Counted from the first letter of the stretch, positions 17,197 to 26,415 are shown. The stretch is 32,590 bases of DNA from Bacteroidota bacterium (GCA_046075765.1 JBJTQS010000170.1:1-32590); one strand, 5' to 3'. Program-made: numbers and translations. The notes: generated from the sequence alone by a model not told the origin.

Positions 17197-18588
17197 TTAA
17201 AGCCCTTTGTTTTTAATCACAGTGGGATCAAGATTTATCTGTTCATCACCAGGTTCATATGGAAGAAAGTTCATAATGAGCTGGAACATTTCATCGGTTG
17301 TTCGCATACTACCATTGGTTCCAGAGATCTCCTTTGGAGGATTGAACGGATTATTGGGGTTGGATGTTGTGTTATCAAAAACTCCCTCTGCCACAACTAC
17401 GCTGCCAGACGGTATTCGCAGCATTTTAGGAAAAGTATAAAAATATTGCCAACGGAAATCCCAGCGAGGTATTCGTATCAAAGGGATCGTATCACCATCT
17501 GGGTTGATGGCATACGCCCAAAAAGACTTACCCAGCAAATGCATGTGCGGATTGATGGTGACAAGCGAAATGTCTTGACGAATCGTGGCCCGAGTGGTAA
17601 AACGCATTACCGTGTCAGGCGGAATTACCAAAGCCGGGACAATATCAGAAATGCCCAGTGACCCCAATTGTGTTTCAAGCAATGGGCGTTCGGGCGGTTT
17701 AGGTGCAAAGAAGAGATTAATACGAGGTGTATCAACATCATTTTTGGATGATGGCCCGTAATGCACATCCCGCAATAGCATCACGCCCTTCCTACTGATG
17801 CGGTAACCTCCAATCCCTTCGGGATATTGCTGTACCTCCACTCCAGGGAGGTAGTTGAATGCGGAAGGCACCAGGAGCGGGTAAGTGCCATCATCGTTTA
17901 AGAGTTTTATAGCCCGATAGCTGGAATCCAAAGTACCAGCCTCATCGCGGTCGACCGCAAATGGACCTTCAAACACATTTCGCTTTCCTGATTCAGCATA
18001 ATGAACCATATGCCCGTTAACGTGATGCGACAACCTCCTATTTCCCGGCACATATTCAATGATGCTAACGAATGTGTCTCGCTCTAATTCATAAGGCATT
18101 TTGACAACCAGGAAACGGTCGCGGTTATCTCCTGGTATTTCGATAGGCTGAGAAATCTTTATCACAGCATCAGGCACTCCGAACTTCGAGAAGGAAGGAA
18201 ATACCGGAGCCTCTGGTTTGAATTTCGGGTCGCCCTCTTGACAACCCTGAGCAATCCAATCTAAAAGCACTTGCTTTTGATGAACCGGCAAAACCTTTTC
18301 GCCTAAAAATCGACTATAGGTGGTATCAGCAGGCCAAGGAGGCATCAAACCTTTAGAAACAACCTTGGCAATAGTCTTGGCTTTGGATCGCACATCCTCA
18401 TAGGTAATCAAAGCAAAAGGCCCAGCCTCGCCTTGACGATGACAGGATGAACAGTTTTTGTGGATGATGGGTGCTATGTCCTTGTTGAAGGTGATGGTTG
18501 TATTCTCGTAGCCACCGGATCCACAACCAAATGAATACAAAACTGCGAAAATGATTGCTAAAAAAGATATATTAATTAATTGCCTCAA
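17197..18588 (-). CDS. Lipoprotein fusing a c-type heme-binding domain to a PHM/DBH-like copper type II monooxygenase fold
   Basis: Signal/lipobox-like LYSFGC. The heme-c motif CSSCH (nt 18439-18453) sits in a DIAPIIHKNCSSCHRQGEAGPF...PPWPAD context. Copper-site-like motifs follow: SHHVNGHM and H276, then NPHMHLLG, WDFRWQ and TTDEMF. The only available start is the TTG at 18588-18586. Confidence 0.75.
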   Translation of the reverse strand: MRQLINISFLAIIFAVLYSFGCGSGGYENTTITFNKDIAPIIHKNCSSCHRQGEAGPFALITYEDVRSKAKTIAKVVSKGLMPPWPADTTYSRFLGEKVLPVHQKQVLLDWIAQGCQEGDPKFKPEAPVFPSFSKFGVPDAVIKISQPIEIPGDNRDRFLVVKMPYELERDTFVSIIEYVPGNRRLSHHVNGHMVHYAESGKRNVFEGPFAVDRDEAGTLDSSYRAIKLLNDDGTYPLLVPSAFNYLPGVEVQQYPEGIGGYRISRKGVMLLRDVHYGPSSKNDVDTPRINLFFAPKPPERPLLETQLGSLGISDIVPALVIPPDTVMRFTTRATIRQDISLVTINPHMHLLGKSFWAYAINPDGDTIPLIRIPRWDFRWQYFYTFPKMLRIPSGSVVVAEGVFDNTTSNPNNPFNPPKEISGTNGSMRTTDEMFQLIMNFLPYEPGDEQINLDPTVIKNKGL

Positions 18589-18593
18589 CTTAT

Positions 18594-19145
18594 TTAACGT
18601 TCAATGTAACAGCCATGGGCGGTGGTCGTGGCGAAAGGAATAAATGATCCTGCTGCCAAACTATCGAGTACGGCTCCGAGGTATCGTTGAGTGACCACTT
18701 GCCTAGTCTCGCCGAATTCTTGTGTTCGATTGTCTATTGCTCCGCTATAGATTACTTTGCCATCCTGATCAACTACTATCGACTGCGGCATCACCTCTGC
18801 ATTCAGTAATTCAACCATAAGGTTTGCAGTATCCAATAAAGCTATGGAGCCGATTCCATATTCTTGATGGAACTTAAGAATGCGCTCGTTATTGTAATAG
18901 GTTCCCGGGTAAACGAAAACAATCGATTTAAAAACACTGTCGATCGACAAAAGCTCTGGGACTGAATGAATGCACACAGGGCATTCAGGCGAAAAAAACA
19001 GAAAGGCCGTATATGGATTGGCATCCAACACAGAGTCTACGCAAACTTTTCTACCATCCGCGGATGGCAAATCCACTTGACGGATATTAGAAGGTTTGCC
19101 ACAACATACCCAGAGGAACGAAATAGCAATTAGGAACCTAATCAT
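18594..19145 (-). CDS. Thioredoxin-fold (redoxin/AhpC-TSA-like) exported protein with CPVC active site
   Basis: FLFFSPECPVC, VMPQSIVVDQDGKVIYSGAIDN and a C-terminal AHGCYIE motif. The track ORF (to 19244) overlaps the upstream gene. The ATG at 19145-19143 (MIRFLIAISFLWVCCG, hydrophobic signal/anchor) removes that overlap. It ends 5 nt before the monooxygenase-like gene. Confidence 0.75.
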   Translation of the reverse strand: MIRFLIAISFLWVCCGKPSNIRQVDLPSADGRKVCVDSVLDANPYTAFLFFSPECPVCIHSVPELLSIDSVFKSIVFVYPGTYYNNERILKFHQEYGIGSIALLDTANLMVELLNAEVMPQSIVVDQDGKVIYSGAIDNRTQEFGETRQVVTQRYLGAVLDSLAAGSFIPFATTTAHGCYIER

Positions 19146-19179
19146 GATGTAAATATAGCTTATCCTGAAAAAAACCGAG

Positions 19180-20370
19180 TCACTTAAATGGGCTTCTTGG
19201 GGTCCAATCTTTGGGACCCAAACCGGATACCACGGTTTTAACAACCGTATTCAACAGCTTGTTGTGGAAGCGAATGTAGCAAGCCAATTTGTATGGTGCT
19301 GCACCCACGGTGCTTTTGATTTCCAAAGCCGTTCTTCCGTACATCACTCTTATTGCCTTGGCAGAAATAGCGTCGGAAATCAGTCCGTACAATATGTTCT
19401 GATACAAGTCGTGCTCCCGGTTGAACTCATAATCAATACCTATGTAATGGGCCTCTAATTGATGATCGGTAATGATAGCCGTTCGGAATGCAACCATTTT
19501 CTCTTTCTTGAAGAATCCCGTCACGATAAAATTACCATCCAGGTATTTCTTTAATGAAATCAAGTAATCTATATCGGGTTTTACCAATTGAACAGGGGCC
19601 TTATCGCGTACCGCTGCGAACAAATGCTCTATTTCAGATTTAGCCATTTCCATCTCCTGCAAGGAAAGCTGCCTTTCGGTAAGTTTTGCAACAGATCTCC
19701 TTACAGAGTTGGCCTTTACCCTATACTTGGAAGACAACGAAGCCAGGTAATCATCAAAGTCCCTCCAATCAGGATTCAGCTCCAAAATCATTTCCGGATC
19801 AGTACGTAATGGGAATCCGATTTTCGATGCGTTCCAAAAAAACAATGCATTGTTGTGCTCGTAAAAATCCTTAACCATTTCGGCAATGATCCTACAACCT
19901 TGCAGTTCAGAAACAATTCGATCGCGAATTTGCAGATAGTGGTTGAAGGCCTTCAAGGTTGATTCATCATCTTTAGCCACAATGCCGTATTCACCGCTTG
20001 ATAAAAGACTTCCGCAAACCAATAATAAGGGTTTTAAGTCGTCTGAATTCTTAAACAATAGGTTGTTGACGGTTCCTGCAATGGATGAGGACAAGCCTCC
20101 ATAATTTTCCAGATTCAAAATACCGCCAATACCATCGAACGATAAATCAACTAATTGAAAACAGTATGCAGCGACAGGTTCGCCATCGACTTTAAGTAAT
20201 GCAAAGCGAAAAGACAATCCCGGTATTCCAGATTGCTCCAAAGCCTTGAGATATGGCATGGATAAGAATACACCTTTGCCATGAACGACCTTGTTCCATG
20301 AAGCCTCATCAAACCCAGATATGGATGGATGAACTATGAACTTGATGTCTTGGTTGGCTAAGGCGTCCAC
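19180..20370 (-). CDS. GNAT-fold acyltransferase of the FemAB / CelD / DUF482-like type
   Basis: 396 aa with a GTG start (20370-20368). The layout is N-terminal SMPYLKALEQSG...FRFALLKVDGEPVAAYCFQL, central DFDDYLASLSSKYRVKANSVRRS, and C-terminal FFKKEKMVAFRTAIITDHQLEAHYIGIDYE. This resembles BioF2-like/FemAB-like acyltransferases. Family assignment is by eye only. Confidence 0.5.
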   Translation of the reverse strand: MDALANQDIKFIVHPSISGFDEASWNKVVHGKGVFLSMPYLKALEQSGIPGLSFRFALLKVDGEPVAAYCFQLVDLSFDGIGGILNLENYGGLSSSIAGTVNNLLFKNSDDLKPLLLVCGSLLSSGEYGIVAKDDESTLKAFNHYLQIRDRIVSELQGCRIIAEMVKDFYEHNNALFFWNASKIGFPLRTDPEMILELNPDWRDFDDYLASLSSKYRVKANSVRRSVAKLTERQLSLQEMEMAKSEIEHLFAAVRDKAPVQLVKPDIDYLISLKKYLDGNFIVTGFFKKEKMVAFRTAIITDHQLEAHYIGIDYEFNREHDLYQNILYGLISDAISAKAIRVMYGRTALEIKSTVGAAPYKLACYIRFHNKLLNTVVKTVVSGLGPKDWTPRSPFK

Positions 20371-20429
20371 GCTAATAATTTAAAGCTGAGTTGCGTTAAC
20401 ACCCGAAAAGCAAATTAGTTTAGCCATGT

Positions 20430-20927
20430 TCAGACGGTGGAATACTTTTCGGCTAACAGCCTGGTTATTTCATGTACACCAGGACAAACAGCACTGTTTT
20501 TCACGACCAGATTTACGGATTTCCGTAATGGAAGCGAGTCTGTATGGGGATAGCTGCTGCATGCAAACGGTCGTGCATCATACACTTTACAGCGGTTATC
20601 GCTTAGCAAGAAAGGGCATGGTATGCTATTTGGGACGTAGTCACCATCCTCATCCGTCCTCAAATATTGAACAACCACTTGTGCTGGCTTTAGGCCCAAA
20701 TGAGAAGCCAAACGGGCAATATCACGCTCTTTGAAAACAGGGCTAATGGTTTTGCAACAATTTGCACAAGCAAGGCAATCGATTTTATCAAAAACCTGAT
20801 GATGCAAATCCACCACATCCTCCTCCAATCCAGGCCGCTTGTGTTTCAACAAACGGTCATAGAACTTGCTGTTCTCGCGCTCAATTTTGGATGCGTTCCG
20901 GTTCAATTCATCGGGTGAAATGGCCAT
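20430..20927 (-). CDS. YkgJ-family cysteine-cluster protein (CxxCxxCC zinc/iron-chelating domain)
   Basis: CLACANCCKT, then CPFLLSDNRCKVYDARPFACSSYP, the typical two-part Cys signature. Confidence 0.8.
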   Translation of the reverse strand: MAISPDELNRNASKIERENSKFYDRLLKHKRPGLEEDVVDLHHQVFDKIDCLACANCCKTISPVFKERDIARLASHLGLKPAQVVVQYLRTDEDGDYVPNSIPCPFLLSDNRCKVYDARPFACSSYPHTDSLPLRKSVNLVVKNSAVCPGVHEITRLLAEKYSTV

Positions 20928-20999
20928 GGATAGTGATAATCAAATTATTCCAATCAACAATTTGGCCACAAAGTTATGCCAAAAGCGATGTCAAAGTCC

Positions 21000-21007
21000 T
21001 AATTTTG
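21000..21007 (+). promoter_or_regulatory. Candidate -7 promoter box (TAnnTTTG) for dnaX
   Basis: TAATTTTG at 21000-21007, 39 nt upstream of the dnaX ATG. The nearest upstream TTTG (20961-20964) is farther than the canonical -33 spacing. Confidence 0.35.
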
Positions 21008-21045
21008 TGATGAGGCCCATGCCTTTGTCACACCCTTAATTTCAA

Positions 21046-22827
21046 ATGGATTCATTCATAGTATCAGCTCGGAAATACAGGCCTTCCACCTTCAACACGG
21101 TGGTTGGACAAGCCTCCATAACCTCCACGCTGAAAAACGCCATCCGAACCAATCAGCTCGCTCAAGCCTTTCTGTTTACCGGTCCTCGTGGCGTTGGCAA
21201 AACCACCTGTGCCAGGATTTTGGCGAAAACCATCAACTGCACAAACCTTACCTCGGATTTTGAATGCTGCAACACATGCGAGTCGTGCGTTGCCTTCAAC
21301 AACGGCCAAAGCCTGAATATATTCGAGTTGGATGCGGCCTCTAACAGTACGGTCGACGATATGCGAGCCCTTGTTGAGCAAGTTCGTTACCATCCGCAAG
21401 GAGGAAAATACAGAACGTATATCATTGACGAGGTGCACATGCTGAGCCCTTCGGCTTTCAATGCATTTCTGAAAACATTGGAGGAGCCCCCCGCCTATGC
21501 CAAATTCATCTTGGCTACTACGGAAAAGCACAAAATCATACCCACGATTCTTTCCCGTTGCCAAATTTTCGACTTCAATCGAATCACCGTAACCGATATC
21601 GCGCACCACCTACAATATGTGGCTAAAAGCGAAAATGTGACCGCCGAGGATGAAGCTTTGCATTTGATTGCCCAGAAGGCGGATGGAGCGTTACGAGATG
21701 CATTATCCATATTCGATCAAATCGTAAGTTTCGCAGGAAACCATATCACCTACAAGCATGTGTCGGAGAACTTGAATGTGCTCGACCATGAATATTATTT
21801 TTCCTTCACCGACCATGTGCTGAAGGGGGAGCTAGCTGCTTGTATGCTACTACTCGACGAGGTACTAAAAGATGGTTTCAACCTACAGCATTTTGTGGGC
21901 GGGTTTTCATCCCATATTCGCGACTTAATGGTAAGCAAGGACCCCCAGACTACCATGCTTCTGGAAACCACTCCTGCTATCCGTGAGAAATACTCGAACC
22001 AATCTGCGCGGATAAGCCCTGCCATGTTATTCGGCTTTCTGGATGCTCTTACGCGTTGCGACAATCAATTCCAATCCGCACACAACCAACGGCTGCTAGT
22101 TGAGGTAACCCTCATGAAATTGTGCTCCATGGCAGGAACACCTGATTTGGCACCAATCGCCAAGAAAGAACAAGCTGCACCAAGTCCAAGCGTAACCATG
22201 GCCCCGGCAGCAGCGCCATCCGTTCAGAATCCCGGCACCATTCCGATTCAGTCCATACCATCACCTTCGTTACAGAATATCGTTACGCCAATATCAAAAA
22301 CACAAGAAGTTCCTGTTTCAAAACAGATTCCATTACCAACTGCGACCAAAACTATCAGACCTTCCACCATTTCAATATCACAGACATTGGCCGCAAAAGC
22401 CAATGCTGATCAAGACGCTGAAAAGGAGAAAGACCCGGCCATGGCTTTCATAGGTGTACAGTTGGACATAGATCAAGTAACTGCCGTTCTCAAAAAGATC
22501 AGTGCTGATTACAATAATGCCGGTCGCAAGCAAATCGCGCACTCTTTATTGGCTTATCCTATCAAAATTATTGATGACAATGTGATTGAGATTTCCGTTG
22601 ATAACGCCATACAGCAAGATGAAATCAAATCATCGAGATCGGAATTGCTAACCCGTCTGCGTGAAAAGGAGGGGCTTAAGTGTGGAGACATTCGTTGCAA
22701 CACAATACCGGTTGAATCCATGCGCAAGGCAGCCTTCACACCAGCCGAGAAATACGAACGCATGAAAGAGATAAATCCGCTTATTGCCGAATTAAAACAA
22801 AGACTCGACTTGAATGTGGATTTTTAA
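21046..22827 (+). CDS. dnaX: DNA polymerase III subunits gamma/tau
   Basis: YRPSTFNTVVGQ, Walker A GPRGVGKTT, Zn module CNTCESC, IIDEVHMLS, SRCQIFDF, then a P/A/S-rich linker and a C-terminal domain. Confidence 0.95.
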   Translation: MDSFIVSARKYRPSTFNTVVGQASITSTLKNAIRTNQLAQAFLFTGPRGVGKTTCARILAKTINCTNLTSDFECCNTCESCVAFNNGQSLNIFELDAASNSTVDDMRALVEQVRYHPQGGKYRTYIIDEVHMLSPSAFNAFLKTLEEPPAYAKFILATTEKHKIIPTILSRCQIFDFNRITVTDIAHHLQYVAKSENVTAEDEALHLIAQKADGALRDALSIFDQIVSFAGNHITYKHVSENLNVLDHEYYFSFTDHVLKGELAACMLLLDEVLKDGFNLQHFVGGFSSHIRDLMVSKDPQTTMLLETTPAIREKYSNQSARISPAMLFGFLDALTRCDNQFQSAHNQRLLVEVTLMKLCSMAGTPDLAPIAKKEQAAPSPSVTMAPAAAPSVQNPGTIPIQSIPSPSLQNIVTPISKTQEVPVSKQIPLPTATKTIRPSTISISQTLAAKANADQDAEKEKDPAMAFIGVQLDIDQVTAVLKKISADYNNAGRKQIAHSLLAYPIKIIDDNVIEISVDNAIQQDEIKSSRSELLTRLREKEGLKCGDIRCNTIPVESMRKAAFTPAEKYERMKEINPLIAELKQRLDLNVDF

Positions 22828-22877
22828 TAACGAAAACAATCAAATCAAATAAATAAAAAATAGTAAAAACAATCCTT

Positions 22878-24146
22878 ATGCAAGGACAGAAAATAACCAA
22901 TCAAGGCGGCAAATTGAATGTGCCAGATCAACCAATCATACCCTTCATCGAAGGCGATGGTACCGGTCCAGATATTTGGGCCTCATCGGTGCGTGTGATC
23001 GATGCAGCTGTTGAAAAGGCTTATCATGGAAAGAAAAAGATTGTTTGGAAAGAAGTTCTTGCAGGTGAAAAGGCATTCAATCAAACTGGGAATTGGCTTC
23101 CTGATGAAACTCTTGATATCATCCGCGACCATTTGATTGCCATCAAAGGACCGCTGACCACTCCCGTTGGCGGAGGTATCAGATCGCTGAACGTGGCCTT
23201 GAGACAAATTCTGGATCTTTATGTTTGCCTCAGACCTGTACGTTGGTTCGAAGGTGTTCCTTCTCCTGTAAAACACCCCGAGAAAACCAACATGGTAATT
23301 TTCCGTGAAAACACAGAGGATATCTATGCTGGCATCGAATACATGGCTGGCACCCCTGAGGTGAATAAAGTGATCGAGTTCTTGAAGACTGAGATGAAGG
23401 TGAACAAAATTCGATTCCCAGAATCATCTTCCATCGGCATCAAGCCAGTGTCACAAGAGGGATCTGAGCGATTGATTCGAGCCGCCATCCAATACGCGGT
23501 TGACCACAAGAAACCCTCAGTTACTTTGGTACACAAAGGCAACATCATGAAGTTCACCGAAGGTGGATTTAAAAAATGGGGGTACGAGTTGGCAGAACGA
23601 GAGTTTGGCGACAAGGTTTTCACTTGGAATCAATATGATCGAATGGTGGAGCACGAGGGCAAAGACAAGGCCGAAGCTGCCATGAAAGATGCCGTTACTG
23701 CTGGAAAAATCATTATTAAAGATTCTATTGCCGATGCCTTCTTGCAACAGATCCTGTTGCGTCCAGATGAATATTCTGTGATTGCAACCTTGAATCTGAA
23801 TGGCGATTATGTTTCCGATGCATTGGCTGCTTGTGTTGGCGGAATTGGAATTGCACCCGGCGCTAATATCAATTATGTTACCGGCCACGCCATTTTCGAA
23901 GCCACTCACGGTACCGCACCAAAATATGCCGGACAAGACAAGGTGAATCCTGGTTCAGTAATTCTTTCGGGAGCTATGATGTTGGAACACTTAGGCTGGT
24001 TGGAAGCAGCGAATTTGATTTACGCTGGAATGGAGAAAGCCATTGCATCCAAGAAAGTAACCTACGATTTTCACAGGTTGATGGATCACGCAACACTACT
24101 CAAATGCAGTGAATTCGGAGACGAGATCATCCATTGCATGAATTGA
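22878..24146 (+). CDS. icd: NADP-dependent isocitrate dehydrogenase (homodimeric prokaryotic type)
   Basis: [60 protein letters not shown] and [12 protein letters not shown]. Confidence 0.95.
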   Translation: MQGQKITNQGGKLNVPDQPIIPFIEGDGTGPDIWASSVRVIDAAVEKAYHGKKKIVWKEVLAGEKAFNQTGNWLPDETLDIIRDHLIAIKGPLTTPVGGGIRSLNVALRQILDLYVCLRPVRWFEGVPSPVKHPEKTNMVIFRENTEDIYAGIEYMAGTPEVNKVIEFLKTEMKVNKIRFPESSSIGIKPVSQEGSERLIRAAIQYAVDHKKPSVTLVHKGNIMKFTEGGFKKWGYELAEREFGDKVFTWNQYDRMVEHEGKDKAEAAMKDAVTAGKIIIKDSIADAFLQQILLRPDEYSVIATLNLNGDYVSDALAACVGGIGIAPGANINYVTGHAIFEATHGTAPKYAGQDKVNPGSVILSGAMMLEHLGWLEAANLIYAGMEKAIASKKVTYDFHRLMDHATLLKCSEFGDEIIHCMN

Positions 24147-24215
24147 TTTCAAACTTGATTTGAAGGCATACATCAAGTCCCTTCAAAATCCGCAAACGAA
24201 TAAAATCACTACCGC

Positions 24216-25751
24216 ATGCCATTGCTGGGAAGTATTATTAAAAGCGGAATAGCGCTTCGATCGAAAATCGCAATTGAACGATCTAATCCGGAACAGCACC
24301 AGAAAAAGGTGCTCAGGAAACTATTATCAAAAGCGAAAGACACCATGTTCGGTAACGCTTACAGGTTTTCTGACTTGCTGGAATCCGATAACTTTATCGA
24401 TAATTTCAGAGGATCTGTACCCATCCACGACTACAATAGTATTTTTTCTAAATGGTGGAACAAGACACTTCACAACGCCGAAGATGTTTGTTGGCCCGGT
24501 GTAGTGAAGTATTTCGCATTGAGTTCAGGAACATCGGAATCGTCAAGCAAACATATTCCGGTAACCAAGGATATGATCAAGTCCATTCAGAAGGTCTCTA
24601 TGAAACAGATCCTCTCCTTGGCCAAATACGATCTACCAGAATCCCTTTTCGAAAAGGGGATTTTGATGCTTGGTGGAAGCACACACTTACATCAAAGAGG
24701 AAGTTATTTTGAAGGCGACCTCAGTGGAATAACTGTCAGTAATATTCCATTTTGGTTCCAACACTTTTACAAACCCGGCCGCAAGATCTCCAAGGAAATG
24801 GATTGGAACGCGAAATTGGAGGAGATTACCGAGAAAGCACCGGAGTGGGATATCGGAATCGTAGTAGGAGTTCCCGCATGGGTTCAATTACTGATTGAAA
24901 AAGTAATAACTCGCTACAATTTGAAGAACATCCATGAGATATGGCCTAACTTGTCTATCTATGTGCATGGCGGTGTCTCCTTCGAACCTTATCGTAAAGG
25001 TTTTGAACAACTACTGGGCAAGCCGTTGAACTATATAGAAACCTATTTGGCATCAGAAGGCTTTATTGCGTTTCAAGATGAACCGGGAGAAAGGAGTATG
25101 CGATTGAATTTGAACAACGGGATATTTTTCGAGTTCATCCCGTTCAATCCGCAGAATTTCAATTCCGATGGTGAAGTCATCGGAAATCCAAAAACGCTTT
25201 TAGTGCACGAAATTGAAGAGGGGCAGGATTACGCTATATTGCTTTCTACATGCGCTGGTGCTTGGCGATATCTGATTGGTGATGTGGTCCGCTTCACCAA
25301 CAAATCCAAATGCGACATTGTGATTGTAGGGAGAACCAAACACTTCTTGAGTTTATGCGGCGAACATCTTTCAGTTGATAACATGAACAAAGCCATTGAG
25401 ATGGTGGCTAATGAACTGAACATACGAATCAACGAATTCACCGTCTCTGGAATTCCTTACGGAACCATGTTCGCTCATAAATGGTATGTTGGCACAGATG
25501 ACAACTGTGACCCATCACATGTTCGGCAATTAATTGACGACAAATTGAAGATCCTGAACGATGACTATCGTGTAGAACGAGGCTCTGCGCTTCAGGAAAT
25601 ATTTGTTGAAATTGTTTCTCCACAGGTTTTTTTACAATGGATGGAGGCCAACAACAAAGTAGGTGCTCAAAACAAATTCCCCAGAGTGATGAAGAACCAT
25701 CAGTTCTCAGAATGGGAACAGTTTGTAAAGAAAACTCAAACGACTCGTTAA
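24216..25751 (+). CDS. GH3 (auxin-responsive promoter) family adenylate-forming enzyme homologue
   Basis: 511 aa. FALSSGTSESSSKHIPVT (the adenylating-enzyme P-loop equivalent), YLASEGFIAFQ and RYLIGDVVRF match the overall GH3-family layout common in Bacteroidota. Confidence 0.85.
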   Translation: MPLLGSIIKSGIALRSKIAIERSNPEQHQKKVLRKLLSKAKDTMFGNAYRFSDLLESDNFIDNFRGSVPIHDYNSIFSKWWNKTLHNAEDVCWPGVVKYFALSSGTSESSSKHIPVTKDMIKSIQKVSMKQILSLAKYDLPESLFEKGILMLGGSTHLHQRGSYFEGDLSGITVSNIPFWFQHFYKPGRKISKEMDWNAKLEEITEKAPEWDIGIVVGVPAWVQLLIEKVITRYNLKNIHEIWPNLSIYVHGGVSFEPYRKGFEQLLGKPLNYIETYLASEGFIAFQDEPGERSMRLNLNNGIFFEFIPFNPQNFNSDGEVIGNPKTLLVHEIEEGQDYAILLSTCAGAWRYLIGDVVRFTNKSKCDIVIVGRTKHFLSLCGEHLSVDNMNKAIEMVANELNIRINEFTVSGIPYGTMFAHKWYVGTDDNCDPSHVRQLIDDKLKILNDDYRVERGSALQEIFVEIVSPQVFLQWMEANNKVGAQNKFPRVMKNHQFSEWEQFVKKTQTTR

Positions 25752-25772
25752 GCCTCCGATTGACGAAACATT

Positions 25773-26396
25773 ATGATTGAAGCAATCGTCAGCGGAGTTC
25801 TATTAGGAGGCGTTTTAGCCCTGTTGGTAGGACCCGTCTTTTTCATGCTGATTCATACCAGTGTGAAGAAAGGATTCTTCCCTGCAATGATGCTTTCCTT
25901 GGGTGTGATTGCCAGTGACGCCCTTTTTGCTTCGATCACTTATCTGGGGAGTTCAACAATTGCCAACTTGAAGGAGATGAATTCCATGATTGGAATCACA
26001 GGCGGTTTGCTTGTTATCGGTTTCGGTATAGCCAACCTTTTTAAGAAACCGGTTGTAAATGCAGAACAGTTGGATTACAGAAGCACCGCAAGAGGCACCA
26101 TGCTGGAATTGGCAAAAGGATTTTCAATGAACTCCCTCAATCCATCCGTGCTTTTCTTTTGGATTGGAGTAGCTGGAACTTGGTCGATTCAGGATGTAGA
26201 AGGTAAACATACAGCCCTGTTTTATTCAAGTGCGCTTGCAACCGTGTTTTGCACAGACTTGCTAAAGGCATGGGGTGCGTGCAGCATCAAAAAAGCCGTT
26301 TCTTCAAATTTTTTGATTTGGATGAACCGAATATCAGGCGTTATCTTGATCGGCTTTGGACTTGCAATGATCATTAAGTTCATGTACATCTCCTAG
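25773..26396 (+). CDS. LysE/RhtB-family amino-acid (derivative) exporter
   Basis: 207 aa with about six hydrophobic helices, an N-terminal LLVGPVFFMLIHTSVKKG motif and NPSVLFFW. It starts 21 nt after the GH3 stop. Confidence 0.75.
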   Translation: MIEAIVSGVLLGGVLALLVGPVFFMLIHTSVKKGFFPAMMLSLGVIASDALFASITYLGSSTIANLKEMNSMIGITGGLLVIGFGIANLFKKPVVNAEQLDYRSTARGTMLELAKGFSMNSLNPSVLFFWIGVAGTWSIQDVEGKHTALFYSSALATVFCTDLLKAWGACSIKKAVSSNFLIWMNRISGVILIGFGLAMIIKFMYIS

Positions 26397-26407
26397 TCAA
26401 ATCTGCT

Positions 26408-26415
26408 TACCTTTG
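26408..26415 (+). promoter_or_regulatory. Candidate -7 promoter box (TAnnTTTG) for the tRNA gene
   Basis: TACCTTTG at 26408-26415 ends 10 nt before the first tRNA nucleotide. I saw no clear -33 element. Confidence 0.35.

Noticed and set aside
17185-17661. A 158-aa plus-strand ORF opposite the monooxygenase-like gene. Also 27460..27852 (130 aa, across the PlsC-like/helicase junction) and 2876..3253 (opposite greA and the HIT gene).
   Set aside because: Each overlaps a motif-supported gene on the other strand and has no signal or family features.
19146-19244. N-terminal extension of the thioredoxin-fold ORF as given in the track (start 19244).
   Set aside because: The extension overlaps the 3' end of the upstream acyltransferase-like gene and encodes non-signal sequence. 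The internal ATG at 19145 yields an immediate hydrophobic signal/anchor and removes the overlap.
21064-21609. A 181-aa ORF antisense to the AAA+ core of dnaX.
   Set aside because: It sits fully within the highly conserved dnaX ATPase module and has no family resemblance. It is typical antisense open frame in a GC-balanced gene.
21046-22827. A programmed -1 frameshift site in dnaX, as in E. coli (A AAA AAG), or an SRP RNA gene upstream of dnaX, as in some Firmicutes.
   Set aside because: I saw no A AAA AAG heptamer by eye. The closest is C AAA AAG near 22486, close to the 3' end and without the required slippery pattern. The 118-bp upstream spacer lacks the conserved SRP domain-IV sequence.
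22983-23936. Several 65-139-aa ORFs antisense to icd.
   Set aside because: They lie inside a canonical isocitrate dehydrogenase frame and have no motifs.
24148-24164. Hairpin TTCAAA-CTTGA-TTTGAA just after the icd stop, considered as a possible terminator.
   Set aside because: It is a 6-bp all-A/T-rich stem with no following T-tract. It reads equally well as a short direct repeat (TTGATTTCAAA / TTGATTTGAAG). That is too weak to call.
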